NCBI GenBank assembly: GCA_030704615.1
Contig: CM060732.1
Span: 76,818,001 to 76,882,000, forward strand
From: Takakia lepidozioides
Taxonomy: Eukaryota; Plantae; Bryophyta
Reading direction: 5' to 3'
DNA length: 64,000 nt
Shown here: in pieces, positions 62,501 to 64,000 of the stretch
How the letters are laid out: every line of letters starts with the position of its first letter
Position numbering within the stretch: the stretch's first letter is position 1
Notes under the pieces: generated by a model
What the model was told of the DNA's origin: nothing
Database searches by the model: none
Seen by the model: only the letters and a program-made list of their open reading frames with translations
Made by a program: the position numbers and the translations under genes

Positions 62501-64000
62501 AAATTTTGCACCCAGAAACATTGAAATGCTCAGCTCAAACAGTGTGCGTTGCCGCACACTGTCTGAGCTGGCAGTGAAGGGTTCTTTTCACACTCACACA
62601 GGTGCCCCTGAAGTCCAAATATTTCACCCAGAAACATTGAAATGCTCAGCTCAAACAGTGTGCGTTGCCGCACACTGTCTGAGCTGGCAGTGAAGGGTTC
62701 TTTTCACACTCACACAGGTGCCCCTGAAGTCCAAATATTTCACCCAGAAACATTGAAATGCTCAGCTCAAACAGTGTGCGTTGCCGCACACTGTCTGAGC
62801 TGGCAGTGAAGGGTTCTTTTCACACTCACACAGGTGCCCCTGAAGTCCAAATATTTCACCCAGAAACATTGAAATGCTCAGCTCAAACAGTGTGCGTTGC
62901 CGCACACTGTCTGAGCTGGCAGTGAAGGGTTCTTTTCACACTCACACAGGTGCCCCTGAAGTCCAAATTTTTGCACCCAGAAACATTGAAATGCTCAGCT
63001 CAAACAGTGTGCGTTGCCGCACACTGTCTGAGCTGGCAGTGAAGGGTTCATTTCACACTCACACAGGTGCCCCTGAAGTCCAATTTTTGCACCCAGAAAC
63101 ATTGAAATGCTCAGCTCAAACAGTGTGCGTTGCCGCACACTGTCTGAGCTGGCAGTGAAGGGTTCTTTTCACACTCACACAGGTGCCCCTGAAGTCCAAA
63201 TATTTCACCCAGAAACATTGAAATGCTCAGCTCAAACAGTGTGCGTTGCCGCACACTGTCTGAGCTGGCAGTGAAGGGTTCTTTTCACACTCACACAGGT
63301 GCCCCTGAAGTCCAAATTTTGCACCCAGAAACATTGAAATGCTCAGCTCAAACAGTGTGCGTTGCCGCACACTGTCTGAGCTGGCAGTGAAGGGTTCTTT
63401 TCACACTCACACAGGTGCCCCTGAAGTCCAAATTTTGCACCCAGAAACATTGAAATGCTCAGCTCAAACAGTGTGCGTTGCCGCACACTGTCTGAGCTGG
63501 CAGTGAAGGGTTCTTTTCACACTCACACAGGTGCCCCTGAAGTCCAAATATTTCACCCAGAAACATTGAAATGCTCAGCTCAAACAGTGTGCGTTGCCGC
63601 ACACTGTCTGAGCTGGCAGTGAAGGGTTCATTTCACACTCACACAGGTGCCCCTGAAGTCCAAATTTTTGCACCCAGAAACATTGAAATGCTCAGCTCAA
63701 ACAGTGTGCGTTGCCGCACACTGTCTGAGCTGGCAGTGAAGGGTTCTTTTCACACTCACACAGGTGCCCCTGAAGTCCAAATATTTCACCCAGAAACATT
63801 GAAATGCTCAGCTCAAACAGTGTGCGTTGCCGCACACTGTCTGAGCTGGCAGTGAAGGGTTCTTTTCACACTCACACAGGTGCCCCTGAAGTCCAAATAT
63901 TTCACCCAGAAACATTGAAATGCTCAGCTCAAACAGTGTGCGTTGCCGCACACTGTCTGAGCTGGCAGTGAAGGGTTCTTTTCACACTCACACAGGTGCC
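59520..64000. repeat. Tandem satellite, 115-116 bp unit, ~38 near-identical copies, each with an 18-bp-stem palindrome
   Basis: Unit contains CAGCTCAAACAGTGTGCG-TTGC-CGCACACTGTCTGAGCTG (one mismatch); the array runs to the window end. Confidence 0.98.

Larger units (their letters stand above)
54777..64000. mobile_element. Element B: relative of element A, extending beyond the window
   Basis: Putative terminus GGGGTGCTATTCCGTGAGC with a GTGAGC/GCTCAC cluster like that at 13326; paralogous MTase gene; hairpin repeat array. Confidence 0.55.

Noticed and set aside
59440-63855. Repeated 66-98 aa ORFs
   Set aside because: Translations of the satellite unit; frames shift with 1-bp unit length variants.

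Overview
Eukaryotic, transposon-dense plant DNA. A bryophyte/moss-like genome is my inference from the PLS-type PPR fragments, the plant U6 promoter and the TE families present. From left to right: (1) a Ty3/gypsy RT fragment; (2) a decayed Ty1/copia element split by a 6.5 kb non-autonomous Pack-CACTA (TSD CAC) carrying PPR, OSB-PDF-motif and UGT gene fragments; (3) a large Mutator-like DNA transposon (element A, ~13.3-28.6 kb). Element A has a DDE/SWIM transposase, a divergently transcribed spliced beta-class amino-methyltransferase-like gene and ~23 copies of a 28-bp palindrome, and its transposase is interrupted by a ~5.2 kb block holding a variant U6 snRNA gene and an FCP1/NIF-like HAD gene. 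(4) A chromodomain Ty3/gypsy element whose pol carries a Cys-rich domain shared with that transposase; (5) a complete 12.4 kb CACTA element (TSD CCT); (6) a 500-N gap; (7) a C5 DNA methyltransferase pseudogene of the retrotransposon-borne type; (8) a gag remnant; (9) a related element B with a spliced ParB-fold + methyltransferase gene next to a ~4.5 kb hairpin-bearing 115-116 bp tandem array. The best candidate for an undescribed system is the A/B family: transposase + ParB/amino-MTase + palindromic repeat arrays. All domain calls come from motif recognition by eye; no searches were run.
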